A stretch of DNA of 64,000 nucleotides from Candidatus Multivorans sp. (GTDB lineage Bacteria; Acidobacteriota; Thermoanaerobaculia; Multivoradales; Multivoraceae). Positions 28,729 through 38,217 of the stretch are shown here, piece by piece. The stretch covers positions 544,001-608,000 of the forward strand of contig OZ251997.1 in the NCBI GenBank assembly GCA_965247095.1, read 5' to 3'. Every line of letters starts with the position of its first letter. The first letter of the stretch is position 1. The position numbers were made by a program, and so were the translations under genes. The notes under the pieces were generated by a model, which was given only the letters and a program-made list of their open reading frames with translations, ran no database searches and was not told the origin of the DNA.

Positions 28729-30038
28729 GGGCCATCGGGCAGCGGACGTTTCGGGTGTCGTTGCGATCGGTCGCCGCCGGGCTGCTGACCCTGGCCGCGG
28801 CGCTGGTCCCTGCGACGGCAGCAGCTCAGACGCTGGCGATCGAGGGCGGTACGGTGCACCCGGTCTCTGGACCGTCCTATGTCGGTACGGTGGTCGTGCG
28901 GGACGGTCTGATCGAGGCGGCCGGGCCTGGGGTCGCGACACCCGCGGACGCCGAGGTGATCGCCGCCGCCGGGCTGCACGTCTACCCCGGCCTGTTCAAC
29001 GCCTACACCTCGGTCGGCCTGGTCGAGATCGGCTCGATCGCGGCCACGCGGGACGACAGCGAACTGGGCGACACGCCCCACCTGCGGGCGCTGGAGGCGA
29101 TCCACCCCGCGAGCGAGATCATCCCGGTGACCCGGGCGAACGGCATCACGCATGTGGTGTCGGCGCCCGGCGGCGGCCCCTGGGCGGGTCAGGCGTCGGC
29201 GATCCTGCTCGACGGATGGACGGTGGAGGAGATGGCGGTCGAGGCCAGCGTCGGTCTGGTGCTCGAATGGCCCAGCCTCGAGACCCGTGAGTTCGACTTC
29301 TCGACCTTCAGCGTACAGGAGAAGAAGTTCTCCGAGGCGAAGAAGGACTACGAGCGCACGATCGATGAACTCGCGGACTGGATAGACGCGGCCCGCCAGT
29401 ACGACCATGCCCGGTCTGCCGCGGGATCCGGAGCGGCGGTGGAGCAGAACCACGCCCTGGAAGCTGTGGCGAAGGTCGCGCGGGGCGAGTTGCCCCTGAT
29501 CGTCGTCGCCGACCGGGCGCGGGCGATCCGGGATGCCGCGGCGTTTGCCGAGGAGCACGACCTGCGACTGGTGCTGGCTTCGGGACGCGAGGCCGCGAAG
29601 GAAGCCGAGCTGCTCGCCGAGAAGGGCATACCGGTCATCCTGGGGGCCGTCCAGGCCTTGCCTGTGCAGGAGGACGACCCTTACGACGGTCCGTTCACCT
29701 CACCGGGCGAACTGCACAGCGCCGGGGTCTCGATCGGCTTCGGCACCTTCGACTCGTCGAGCGCCCGGGTTCTGCCCTACGAGGTGGCGACGGCCGTCGC
29801 CCATGGTCTTGACCCGGACGCCGCGCTGCACGCCCTGACCCTGGGCGCCGCCGAGATCCTCGGTCTCGACGACCGGTTGGGTTCGATCGACGCGGGCAAG
29901 TGGGCCAACCTGATCGTCACCGATGGCGATCCGTTGGAAGTCCGCACCGCGGTGCGCCAGGTGCTCATCCGCGGCCGGTCCGTCGACCTGGCGAACCGGC
30001 ACATCCGGTCGTACGAGCGGTACAGCAGCCGGCCCTAG
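28725..30038 (+). CDS. Secreted amidohydrolase-superfamily protein (HxH motif absent)
   Basis: Signal peptide, [61 protein letters not shown] overlap with the upstream gene. Confidence 0.88.
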   Translation: MRAIGQRTFRVSLRSVAAGLLTLAAALVPATAAAQTLAIEGGTVHPVSGPSYVGTVVVRDGLIEAAGPGVATPADAEVIAAAGLHVYPGLFNAYTSVGLVEIGSIAATRDDSELGDTPHLRALEAIHPASEIIPVTRANGITHVVSAPGGGPWAGQASAILLDGWTVEEMAVEASVGLVLEWPSLETREFDFSTFSVQEKKFSEAKKDYERTIDELADWIDAARQYDHARSAAGSGAAVEQNHALEAVAKVARGELPLIVVADRARAIRDAAAFAEEHDLRLVLASGREAAKEAELLAEKGIPVILGAVQALPVQEDDPYDGPFTSPGELHSAGVSIGFGTFDSSSARVLPYEVATAVAHGLDPDAALHALTLGAAEILGLDDRLGSIDAGKWANLIVTDGDPLEVRTAVRQVLIRGRSVDLANRHIRSYERYSSRP

Positions 30039-30114
30039 CAGCGTGCGCGGCAGGAAGAATCGGCGTACCCCATGTTCTGCGGCGCACGCTCATAGGCCCG
30101 GGCGGCTGCGGGGA

Positions 30115-30669
30115 CTACTGCTCCTGGCTTGAGGCCGCCTCCGCTTCCTGCGCCTGGAGCATGGCGACCACCCGTTGCGTCAGATCGACCCGCTGGCTGG
30201 CGTGGAGCACGCCGCCGATGCTGGCGTTCAGGATCAGGTCGTAGCCGCCCTCGTCGATCAACTGCTGGACGATCGGGCGCAGCCGCTCGTTGATCCGCTG
30301 CAGCGCTTCCTCTTCCTTCTTCGACGCGCCGCGCTGGGCGTCGTCGGCCAGGCGTTGCGACTCCCGCTGCAGATCCTCGAGCTGGTGCTGGATGCCGCGG
30401 AGCTCGTCCGGTCCCTTGCCGACCGCGCTCTGGCGCAGGCTCTGCTGCTGGTTGGCATTGGCTTCGAGTGCCGCCCGGGTCTGGGTCTGGATCTGCTGCA
30501 GGTACGCCGCGAGTTCCTTCCCCTCCCGCGCTTCGGCGACCACGAGTTCGACGTTGATCACGGCGATGCGAACGCCGCCGGCTGCCGCTTCCTGGGCGTA
30601 CAGGGACGACGAGGCGGTGGCCAGAAGTAGGGCGGTAAGCGAACAGATGATGAGGCGGCGACGTGTCAT
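30115..30669 (-). CDS. OmpH/Skp-family periplasmic chaperone
   Basis: Signal peptide, RIAVINVELVVAE..GK, coiled coil, GGYDLIL..VDLTQRVV. Confidence 0.85.
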   Translation of the reverse strand: MTRRRLIICSLTALLLATASSSLYAQEAAAGGVRIAVINVELVVAEAREGKELAAYLQQIQTQTRAALEANANQQQSLRQSAVGKGPDELRGIQHQLEDLQRESQRLADDAQRGASKKEEEALQRINERLRPIVQQLIDEGGYDLILNASIGGVLHASQRVDLTQRVVAMLQAQEAEAASSQEQ

Positions 30670-31007
30670 TGGGATTCTCCACCGGGAGTGTAGATCGGCA
30701 TGGGGAATGGCGTGACCTTCCGGCCCTCCCGCCGTTCGAGATCGCGGATGCGGGCCGCACCCTGCTTCGTGACCTGATCGATGCGCAGCACCGAATGAAT
30801 CGGCAGATAGGTGCGTTGGACGCCGTTGAACTCGCGCTGCAGCCGTTCTTCCGAGGGATCGACGACGATCTGGGTCTTCTCGCCGAACACGAGCTCGCCG
30901 ATCTCGACAAAGCCGAGCAGACCGCCCTGGGCGACCGAGCGGGCGTACACCTCGTAAACCTCGCCCTGGCTCAGAAACGTCACCCGGTAGATCAGCTCGT
31001 CGGACAC
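30666..31007 (-). CDS. DUF1820-family protein
   Basis: IYRVTFLSQGEVYEVYARSV..LGFVEIGELVFGE..VVDPSEERLQREFNGVQRTYLPIHSVLRID. Confidence 0.85.
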   Translation of the reverse strand: MSDELIYRVTFLSQGEVYEVYARSVAQGGLLGFVEIGELVFGEKTQIVVDPSEERLQREFNGVQRTYLPIHSVLRIDQVTKQGAARIRDLERREGRKVTPFPMPIYTPGGESQ

Positions 31008-31011
31008 GGGT

Positions 31012-32457
31012 TCACTTGGACTGCTGCAGTTTGGCGAAAGCGGCAGCCATGACGTTCAGGTTCTTCGAATCCGGCTGGCGTTTGCGGTAGTTCTTGTAGT
31101 CCGCCTTCGTTCCGACGAGTTGCGATCCCGGCGGCGCCAGCCCCAGACGACGGCGCTTGCGGTCGATGCTCTCGATGATGACCTTGAGTTGGCGCCCGGG
31201 CGGGTAGGCGCGCTGCGCCTGGTTGCCGTCGGGGAGAGTGACCGCGGACATCGGCAGCAGACCGGTCAGGCCGGGTTCGAGTTCGACGAAGATGCCGAAG
31301 CGCGACACCTGCTCGACGCGACCCTCGACCTCGGCGCCCTCTACGTACTGCTCGCCGAGGTTGTTCCAGGGGTCGTCCGCCGGCACCTCGCGCAGGGATA
31401 ACGCGATCCGGCGCCGCTTGGGCGCCACCTCGACGATCCAGCCCTCGACCTCCTCGCCTTCTGCAAACTCAAGTGCGCTCATCTGCTTGCCGATCGGGAG
31501 TTGGGACGTGTGCACGAGACCGTCGAGGCCGGGGGCCAGCTCGACGAACAAGCCGAACTCGCTGTGCCGCACCACCTTGCCCTTGAACTTCTCGCCGGCA
31601 GTGAAGTTCTTCGCCGTCTCCTTCCACGGATCCGCCTCGAGCGCCTTCATGGACAGCGAGATGCGCGCGCTGCGCTTGCCGTTCTTCTTCTCGATCTTGG
31701 TCACCACGGCTTCCACGCTCTGCCCGACCTTCAACAGGTCGCCGGGTTCGCCCGACCGGGTTCGGGAGATTTGGGTGCGGTGGACGAGGCCGCCGATTCC
31801 TCCTCCCAGATCGACGAAGGCGCCGAAATCGGTTACCGAGGTCACGTTGCCGCTGATCGGTTCGCCGGATTCCTGCTTGGCGCGGATTTCGTCCAGCGCG
31901 TGCTTGCGCTCGTTGCGGATTGCGAGTCGTCGCGTGAGCACGATCCGGCGGCCAGCCTCCTTGATCTCAAGGACGTGGAAGACGTACGTGTTGTTCACGT
32001 ACTGGGCCGGAGGCTTGGGGCGGTTGCCGAGCTCCATCAGCGACCGTGGGCAGAACGTTGTGACGCCTTCCGAGAGGATGTGGAAACCGCCCTTGTTCCA
32101 GCCGATCACCTTGCCCTCGACCGGGTTCTTCGCCTCGAGCGCGGCGGCGAAGGGGAGGGCGGCGGCCGCTAGTTCGACCACCGGGACCTCTTCGGGCTCG
32201 GGCTCGGGTTCCTGCTTGGCTTCGGCCGTTGCCTGGACTTCGGCGTCCGGTTCGGCCTCGACCGGTTCCGGCTCGATCGCGTCCGGTTCGGCCTCGGTGG
32301 ATGTCTCGACTTCGAGTTCGACGTTCTCGTTCGGCTCGGCCGTTGCTTCTATCTGGTCCATGGGCGCTTCGTCTTGACCTGCTGGCGGCGGCGGCTCAAG
32401 GGGCACCTCGCCCTCCGCCGACACCTGAGCGAGCGCTGGATCGTTCGGCTCAGTCAT
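31012..32457 (-). CDS. S1 RNA-binding repeat protein (ribosomal protein S1-like, four S1 domains)
   Basis: Acidic EP-rich N-terminus, VEGKVIGWNKGGF, DFGAFVDLGGGIGGLVH, EFGLFVELAPGLDGLVH, RFGIFVELEPGLTGLL. Confidence 0.88.
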   Translation of the reverse strand: MTEPNDPALAQVSAEGEVPLEPPPPAGQDEAPMDQIEATAEPNENVELEVETSTEAEPDAIEPEPVEAEPDAEVQATAEAKQEPEPEPEEVPVVELAAAALPFAAALEAKNPVEGKVIGWNKGGFHILSEGVTTFCPRSLMELGNRPKPPAQYVNNTYVFHVLEIKEAGRRIVLTRRLAIRNERKHALDEIRAKQESGEPISGNVTSVTDFGAFVDLGGGIGGLVHRTQISRTRSGEPGDLLKVGQSVEAVVTKIEKKNGKRSARISLSMKALEADPWKETAKNFTAGEKFKGKVVRHSEFGLFVELAPGLDGLVHTSQLPIGKQMSALEFAEGEEVEGWIVEVAPKRRRIALSLREVPADDPWNNLGEQYVEGAEVEGRVEQVSRFGIFVELEPGLTGLLPMSAVTLPDGNQAQRAYPPGRQLKVIIESIDRKRRRLGLAPPGSQLVGTKADYKNYRKRQPDSKNLNVMAAAFAKLQQSK

Positions 32458-32586
32458 GGTGCTGGAGGGAGGACGCGGGCCGCAGCTTCGGGCGCGGACC
32501 GTGATTGTAGCAGTCCGCTACGCAGATATCAGATCATGGACCAACCGCACTTCTTCGGCCCCGAACGGCCCCCGGACCGCCTCCGG

Positions 32587-33363
32587 TCAGTTTGGCTCGG
32601 TTACGCCGGTGATTGCGCCCAACGTCGGGCCGATCTCGGCGTGGAGCACGAGGTCGGCAATCCCGTCGAGATCCGTGGCCTCGCGGTTCAGGATGACCAG
32701 CCTGGCGCCGGCCTGCTTGGCCAGAGCGGGGAAGCTGGCCGCCGGGTAGACTACGAGGGAACTGCCGATCGCCAGGAAGAGATCGGCGGCCAGGGTTGCC
32801 TCTTGGGCGCGTCGCATGGCGACCTCGGGCATTGCCTGCCCGAACGAGATCGTGGCGGTCTTGATGATGCCGCCGCAGGTCTCGCCGGCGAGGTTTTGCC
32901 GCGTGCAGACCGGCAGTTCCTCCCGCTCGCGGAACGCGGCCACGATGGGATCGAGTTCGTAGCGCTGCCGGCACTCGAGGCAGGCGCCGTAGGTTGCGTT
33001 GCCGTGCAACTCGATCACCTCGTCGTCGGGGATGCCGGATTCCTGGTGCAGGCCGTCCACGTTCTGGGTGATCACGGCCCGGAGCTTGCCCAGGCGGCGG
33101 AGTTCGGCGAGCGCAAGGTGGCCGCGGTTCGGCCTCGCCTTGGACATGGTGCGGTCGCTGCCGATCTTGCGCCGCCACGACTCGCGTCGGGCCTCCTCGG
33201 AGGCGACGAACTCGCCGAAGTCGATCGGCTTGTACTTCGTCCAGATGCCGCCCGGGCTGCGGAAGTCGGGGATGCCCGACTCGGTGCTGATGCCCGCTCC
33301 CGTGAACGCGACGATCCCGGTCGCTTCGTTGATCAGACGTTCGAATTCCCGCACTTGGCTCAT
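32587..33363 (-). CDS. cobB: NAD-dependent protein deacylase (sirtuin)
   Basis: FTGAGISTESGIPDFRSPGG, ITQNVDGLHQ, ELHG, Zn-ribbon cysteines, GSSLVVYPAA, ILNRE. Confidence 0.93.
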   Translation of the reverse strand: MSQVREFERLINEATGIVAFTGAGISTESGIPDFRSPGGIWTKYKPIDFGEFVASEEARRESWRRKIGSDRTMSKARPNRGHLALAELRRLGKLRAVITQNVDGLHQESGIPDDEVIELHGNATYGACLECRQRYELDPIVAAFREREELPVCTRQNLAGETCGGIIKTATISFGQAMPEVAMRRAQEATLAADLFLAIGSSLVVYPAASFPALAKQAGARLVILNREATDLDGIADLVLHAEIGPTLGAITGVTEPN

Positions 33364-33499
33364 CGCGATCTCCCCGATTGTTCAGCCTGGTGGCCAGTCT
33401 ACGGCCTGGTCCCTACCGACCGGTCGGTCTGTTACACTGCCGGCCGCCCGCGTATCAGTTGGATGGAACCGGCAACGCCGGAGGATAGAGAGAGTCAGT

Positions 33500-34330
33500 A
33501 TGTCTTTCCATAGCTTCACAGGCACGGACACCTACCTCGCCGCACCCGAACTCCGGGACTCGGTGAACGTCGCCGCAGCGCTCGAGAAGCCGCTCCTGGT
33601 CCGGGGCGAGCCCGGTACCGGCAAGACGGTTCTCGCCGAGGCGATCGCCGAGAACCTGGTCATGGAACTCCTGACCTGGAACATCAAGTCGACGAGCAAG
33701 GCCCAGGAGGGCCTCTACCTCTACGACACGGTGCAGCGGCTCAACGACGCCCGCTTCGGCGACAAGGACATCACGGACATCTCGCAGTACATCAAGTACG
33801 GCCCCCTCGGCCAGTCCTTCCTCACCGACCAGCGGGTCGTGCTGCTGATCGACGAGATCGACAAGGCGGACATGGAGTTTCCGAACGACCTGCTCCACGA
33901 GCTGGACCGGATGACCTTCTTCGTCAACGAGACGGGTAAGCGGCACAGCGCCAGGTTCCGGCCGATTGTGGTGATCACCTCGAACAACGAGAAGGAACTG
34001 CCGGACGCCTTCCTGCGCCGCTGCGTGTTCCACTACATCGCGTTCCCGGACAAGGTCGAGATGGAGAGCATCATCCGGGTGCATCACCCGGACGTGGAGG
34101 CTGAGCTGCTGCAGCAGGTTCTGCTGCGGTTCTACTGGCTGCGCGGTCTGCCCGAGATTCGCAAGAAGCCGTCCACCAGCGAGCTGATCGACTGGATCGC
34201 CGCCCTGCGCCGCGGCGGCGTGAGCACGGACGTGATCGAGAGTGAGCTACCCTTCCTGGGCGTGCTGATGAAGCGGGAGAACGACCTGGAGGCCGTGATG
34301 GCGGCGCACCGCCGCGGCCGGGTGAACTAG
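33500..34330 (+). CDS. MoxR-family AAA+ ATPase
   Basis: PLLVRGEPGTGKT, LLIDEIDKADMEFPNDLL, ITSNNEKELPDAFLRRC, KKPSTSELIDW. ATG at 33500. Confidence 0.93.
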   Translation: MSFHSFTGTDTYLAAPELRDSVNVAAALEKPLLVRGEPGTGKTVLAEAIAENLVMELLTWNIKSTSKAQEGLYLYDTVQRLNDARFGDKDITDISQYIKYGPLGQSFLTDQRVVLLIDEIDKADMEFPNDLLHELDRMTFFVNETGKRHSARFRPIVVITSNNEKELPDAFLRRCVFHYIAFPDKVEMESIIRVHHPDVEAELLQQVLLRFYWLRGLPEIRKKPSTSELIDWIAALRRGGVSTDVIESELPFLGVLMKRENDLEAVMAAHRRGRVN

Positions 34331-34384
34331 GGTCGAACCGCAGCACCACACGGCAGCCCGAGCTCACTCGAACCAGCCCCAGCC

Positions 34385-35578
34385 ATGTTCGTCGATTTCT
34401 TCTACCACTTGAGAGGCTACGGCCTGAAGGTGACGATCACGGAGTGGCTCTCCCTGATGAAGGCGCTGTCGATCGGCTACAGCCGCGCCGACCTGCACGT
34501 CTTCTACAACCTGGCCCGCTGCCTGATGGTCAAGCGGGAGGCGGACTTCGACAACTACGACCGCGCCTTCGCCTCCTTCTTCATGGGGGTCGAGAATCAC
34601 TTCGACATCAGCGACGAGCTGCTGGAGTGGCTGTCCAAGCCGGAACTGCCGCGCGAGTTGACCGACGAGGAGCGCGCCAAGCTGGAGGCGCTCGATCTGG
34701 ACGAGCTGCGCGAGCGCTTCAAGGAGCTGCTCGATGAGCAGAAGGAGCGCCACGACGGCGGCAACCGCTGGATCGGGACGGGCGGCATGTCTCCCTTCGG
34801 CCACGGCGGCGAGCACCCCACCGGAGTTCGCATCGGTGGCGCCGGCGGCGGCCGTTCCGCGGTCCAGGTGGCGACCGACCGGCGCTTCCGCAACCTGCGC
34901 TCGGACCGCATCCTCGACACCCGGCAGATCGGGCTGGCGCTGCGCCGCCTGCGCAAGCTGGACAAGGACGAGGGCCCCGAGGAACTGGACATCGACGAGA
35001 CGATCGACAGGAGCGCCCGCAACGCCGGCGAGATCGACCTCGTGTTCCGTCCGCCGAAGCGCAACCGGATCAAGCTGCTGCTGCTGATCGATGTGGGCGG
35101 GTCGATGGATCCGCACACCCTGCTCTGCGAGCGGCTGTTCTCCGCCGCGCACAAGGCGAACCACTTCAAGAAGTTCGAGTTCAAGTTCTTCCACAACTGC
35201 GTGTACGAGAACCTGTACACGGACATCAGCCGCTGGAAGGGCGAACCGACTTCCCGGGTCCTCAAGCGCCTCGACCACACCTGGTCCGTGTGCTTGGTCG
35301 GCGATGCCTGGATGAGTCCCTACGAGTTGACCCACACCGGCGGCGCGATCGACTACTACCACAGCAACCAGGTCACCGGCCTCGACTGGCTGCGCAAGTT
35401 CCGCGACCGCTGCCCGAACTCGATCTGGCTCAATCCGGAGCCGCACCGGATTTGGAACGCCCCGACCATCCATCTGATCCGGCAGGTGTACCCGATGTTC
35501 GAGCTGACCATCGACGGTCTGACCGAGGGCATCGACGTACTCCGGGGAATCCGGCCGAATCGCGCGCTGGCGGCCTGA
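34385..35578 (+). CDS. VWA-domain (CoxE-like) partner of MoxR
   Basis: EQKERHDGGNRWIGTGGMSPFGHGG, LLLIDVGGSMDPH (MIDAS-like), FFHNCVYE, VGDAWMSPYE, WLNPEP. Confidence 0.9.
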   Translation: MFVDFFYHLRGYGLKVTITEWLSLMKALSIGYSRADLHVFYNLARCLMVKREADFDNYDRAFASFFMGVENHFDISDELLEWLSKPELPRELTDEERAKLEALDLDELRERFKELLDEQKERHDGGNRWIGTGGMSPFGHGGEHPTGVRIGGAGGGRSAVQVATDRRFRNLRSDRILDTRQIGLALRRLRKLDKDEGPEELDIDETIDRSARNAGEIDLVFRPPKRNRIKLLLLIDVGGSMDPHTLLCERLFSAAHKANHFKKFEFKFFHNCVYENLYTDISRWKGEPTSRVLKRLDHTWSVCLVGDAWMSPYELTHTGGAIDYYHSNQVTGLDWLRKFRDRCPNSIWLNPEPHRIWNAPTIHLIRQVYPMFELTIDGLTEGIDVLRGIRPNRALAA

Positions 35579-35667
35579 TCCAGAGCGAGCGTGTCAGCCG
35601 CTGCCTGGGCCCCGGAATGGACTCACGTCGTTGCGTTTCTGCGGCGCAAGCACCTAGACTGTAGTGA

Positions 35668-36624
35668 ATGGACGAGAAACGACCAGGGGAGGCCCCGTCC
35701 GCTGATTTCGGTTCGATGGGGAACGAGCCGGATCGCAGCGATCCGGTCTTCGATCTGCCCGCGAGCCTGAGCCGGGAGCCGCCTCCCGACGAACCGGAGA
35801 GCGCGGACCCGTACTTTGACGACCCGCACGGGGGGCCGCCGCCGGACCGCTCCGGGACGATAGCCGTCATCGTCATCGCCGGTCTGATTCTGCTTGGCGG
35901 CGGCGCGGTGATCTGGTGGTGGTTCAGCAGCCGCTCGGAAGAGACCGTCGATCCGAACGCCGCCGCTGCGGCGGTTGAAGCACCGGCGGCCGCCGAACCA
36001 GCCGCGGCGCCGGTGGCTGCCGACCCACCCGCCCCGGAAACGCCGGCGCCTCCGGCCCTGTCCGAGAGCGATTCCCTGGTTCGGGACGTCGTGGGCGGCC
36101 TGTCGCAGCACGCTCAGTGGCTGGCATGGCTGGTTCCCGAGGAACTGGCGATGAACTTCGTGCGCGTGGTCGGCGCCGTGGCCTACGATGAGCCGCCCCA
36201 GTCCAGCCTGGAGCCGCTGCGGCCCGAGGAGGGATTCAGCGTCGTGCGGCGGGGTCAGCGCTTCTACCCGGCCGAGACGAGTTTTCGCCGCTACGACCTG
36301 GCGGTCGAGGTCCTCGACTCGATCGATGTCGCCGGCGCCGCTCGCGCCTATGAGCGCCTGGCGCCGTTGTTCGAGAAGGCGCATGACGAGTTCGGATACC
36401 CCAACGAATTCGGCGACACTCTGGAACTGGCGGCAACGAGGCTACTGGCGACACCGATCCCGGACGCTCTGCCGGAACTTCGGTTGCGGGTCATCAGCTT
36501 CGAGTACGTCGATCCTGGGCTCGAGGGGTTGAGCCCGGCCCAGAAGCTCCTGCTGCGCCTGGGGCCGGACAACGGCGACCGTGTGCGGGCCAAGGTCAGG
36601 GAGCTGTACGGGGCGCTGCAGTAG
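35668..36624 (+). CDS. DUF3014-family membrane-anchored protein
   Basis: Single TM helix, Pro/Ala linker, LSESDSLVR, SFRRYD, PLFEKAHDEFGYP, FEYVDPGLEGLSPAQKLLLRLGPDN. Confidence 0.85.
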   Translation: MDEKRPGEAPSADFGSMGNEPDRSDPVFDLPASLSREPPPDEPESADPYFDDPHGGPPPDRSGTIAVIVIAGLILLGGGAVIWWWFSSRSEETVDPNAAAAAVEAPAAAEPAAAPVAADPPAPETPAPPALSESDSLVRDVVGGLSQHAQWLAWLVPEELAMNFVRVVGAVAYDEPPQSSLEPLRPEEGFSVVRRGQRFYPAETSFRRYDLAVEVLDSIDVAGAARAYERLAPLFEKAHDEFGYPNEFGDTLELAATRLLATPIPDALPELRLRVISFEYVDPGLEGLSPAQKLLLRLGPDNGDRVRAKVRELYGALQ

Positions 36625-36630
36625 TTCCGG

Positions 36631-38217
36631 TCACTCGAGTTCCCCGCCATCGAGGGCGCGGCGCTGAGCTTCCGCATACCGGGGCAGCATCCGGTCGTAG
36701 ATGGCGACCGCTTCGGGGCGCGGTGCGGCGGAGGGCCCCGGTTCGGCGGCCGGCGGTAGCGGGTACGGTCTGCGGCCGGTCGCACGTAGAGCGGCGCCCA
36801 GGGCGGCGCCGTCGCTCACCTCGTGTCCCTCGATGCGGCAGCCCATGACATCGGCGGCGACCTGTAGCAGTTCCCGGTTGCGGGAACCGCCGCCAGTGGC
36901 CACGATGCGACTCGGCCGGGTGGCCATCCATTCCGAGTTGAGCCGCATCGACAGGAACTGCCCCTCGACCACGGCACGGCAGTTGCGCGCGGCCTGCTCG
37001 GGCGCGTCCGCGAGGCCGCCCAGCCTGATGACGCGCGGCGACGCCACGCGCGGGACGATCTCCGGTTCGAACCAGGGCAGCATCATCATGCCGTCGTTGC
37101 CCGGCGGCGTTGCCCGCAGGGCGTCCTCGAAGGCCTGCCAGTCGAGACCGTGGCGGTTCCGCACCGCCTCGCGCGCGAGCGACCCGTTGCGGAAACAGAC
37201 CAGGCTCATCGGGTGTCCGCTCGGTGCGATGAAGACGTGGCCGCCCCGGTCCGGATCGACGGCGACGTTGGCCAGCAGGCAGAAGTAGGTATCGCTCGTT
37301 CCCAGACTCAACACCGCCTCGCCCGGCTCTCTCATGCCCACGCCGACCAGGGAACAGGGGTTGTCGCCGGCGCCGATGACCACCTGGGCGTCCGCGGGGA
37401 GGCCGTGCCGGGCCACGAAGTAGGGAGCGATCGCACCGATAACCGTCCAGGGCGGCTGGGACGGCAGCAGGCGCCTGCGCAGCCCCTCCGCGGTGGCGGC
37501 GAGGGCCGTCTCGGACCACTCGCGCCGGCGGATGTCGAGCAGGTTCATGCCGGCGCCGTCACCGTGGTCGATCGGCGCCAGCCGGCCGGCCAGGGCCGAG
37601 GTCACGAAGGAACTGACCAGGCACACGTGAGCCGTGCGGCGCCATGCCTCGGGTTCGGTCTGGGCGAAGCGACGGATCTGGGGACCCGTGAAGCGTTCGA
37701 AGGTGTCGCTGCCGGTGAGCTCTGCTGTTGCCGCGGGGCCACCGAGTGCGCGGCGGATCTCTGCGCACTCGCGTTGGGTGGAGGAGTCCGTCCAGATCGG
37801 CGCTTCGGCACGCGAGAGCAGCGGTTCGACCTGCTGGGCCAAGTTTCGCTCGGGCGAGAGAGCCTGGAGCGCCGCATCGGCGCCCGCCCGAAGGTAGACC
37901 GAGCCGTGCTGCTGGCCGGACACCGACACGCCGCGGACATTCCGGCAAGCCGCTGTACCCAGCCTCTCGAGCGCCAGGTCCAGCGCTTCGAGCCACATGC
38001 ACGGCGGTACCCGCCCGATGGCCGGATTCTCGTTGGGGAGCTGGCCGTTGACGGTGCCGTACGCCGGCAGTTCCGAGTCGTAGTGGACGCCGGCGCGGGC
38101 GGCGATGCGGCGCGCCCGGTCCTCGCCTTCGCCATCCGGCAACGGCGCCTCAACCAGGATCGCGGTCAGACTCTGCGTGCTGACGTCGATCCCGAGGTAC
38201 AGGGGACCGGAACTCAC
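36631..38217 (-). CDS. xylB: Xylulokinase (FGGY family, eukaryote-type motifs)
   Basis: LYLGIDVSTQSL, SGQQHGSVY, PIWTDSST, ERFTGPQI, GMNL, GDNP, SLGTSDT, NGSLARE, ATGGGSRN. GTG start overlaps the xylA stop. Confidence 0.88.
   Translation of the reverse strand: MSSGPLYLGIDVSTQSLTAILVEAPLPDGEGEDRARRIAARAGVHYDSELPAYGTVNGQLPNENPAIGRVPPCMWLEALDLALERLGTAACRNVRGVSVSGQQHGSVYLRAGADAALQALSPERNLAQQVEPLLSRAEAPIWTDSSTQRECAEIRRALGGPAATAELTGSDTFERFTGPQIRRFAQTEPEAWRRTAHVCLVSSFVTSALAGRLAPIDHGDGAGMNLLDIRRREWSETALAATAEGLRRRLLPSQPPWTVIGAIAPYFVARHGLPADAQVVIGAGDNPCSLVGVGMREPGEAVLSLGTSDTYFCLLANVAVDPDRGGHVFIAPSGHPMSLVCFRNGSLAREAVRNRHGLDWQAFEDALRATPPGNDGMMMLPWFEPEIVPRVASPRVIRLGGLADAPEQAARNCRAVVEGQFLSMRLNSEWMATRPSRIVATGGGSRNRELLQVAADVMGCRIEGHEVSDGAALGAALRATGRRPYPLPPAAEPGPSAAPRPEAVAIYDRMLPRYAEAQRRALDGGELE

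Noticed and set aside
32587-35578. Sirtuin plus MoxR/VWA as a defence system
   Set aside because: The sirtuin is a canonical Zn-binding CobB type, divergently transcribed, and the MoxR-VWA pair is a common chaperone type.
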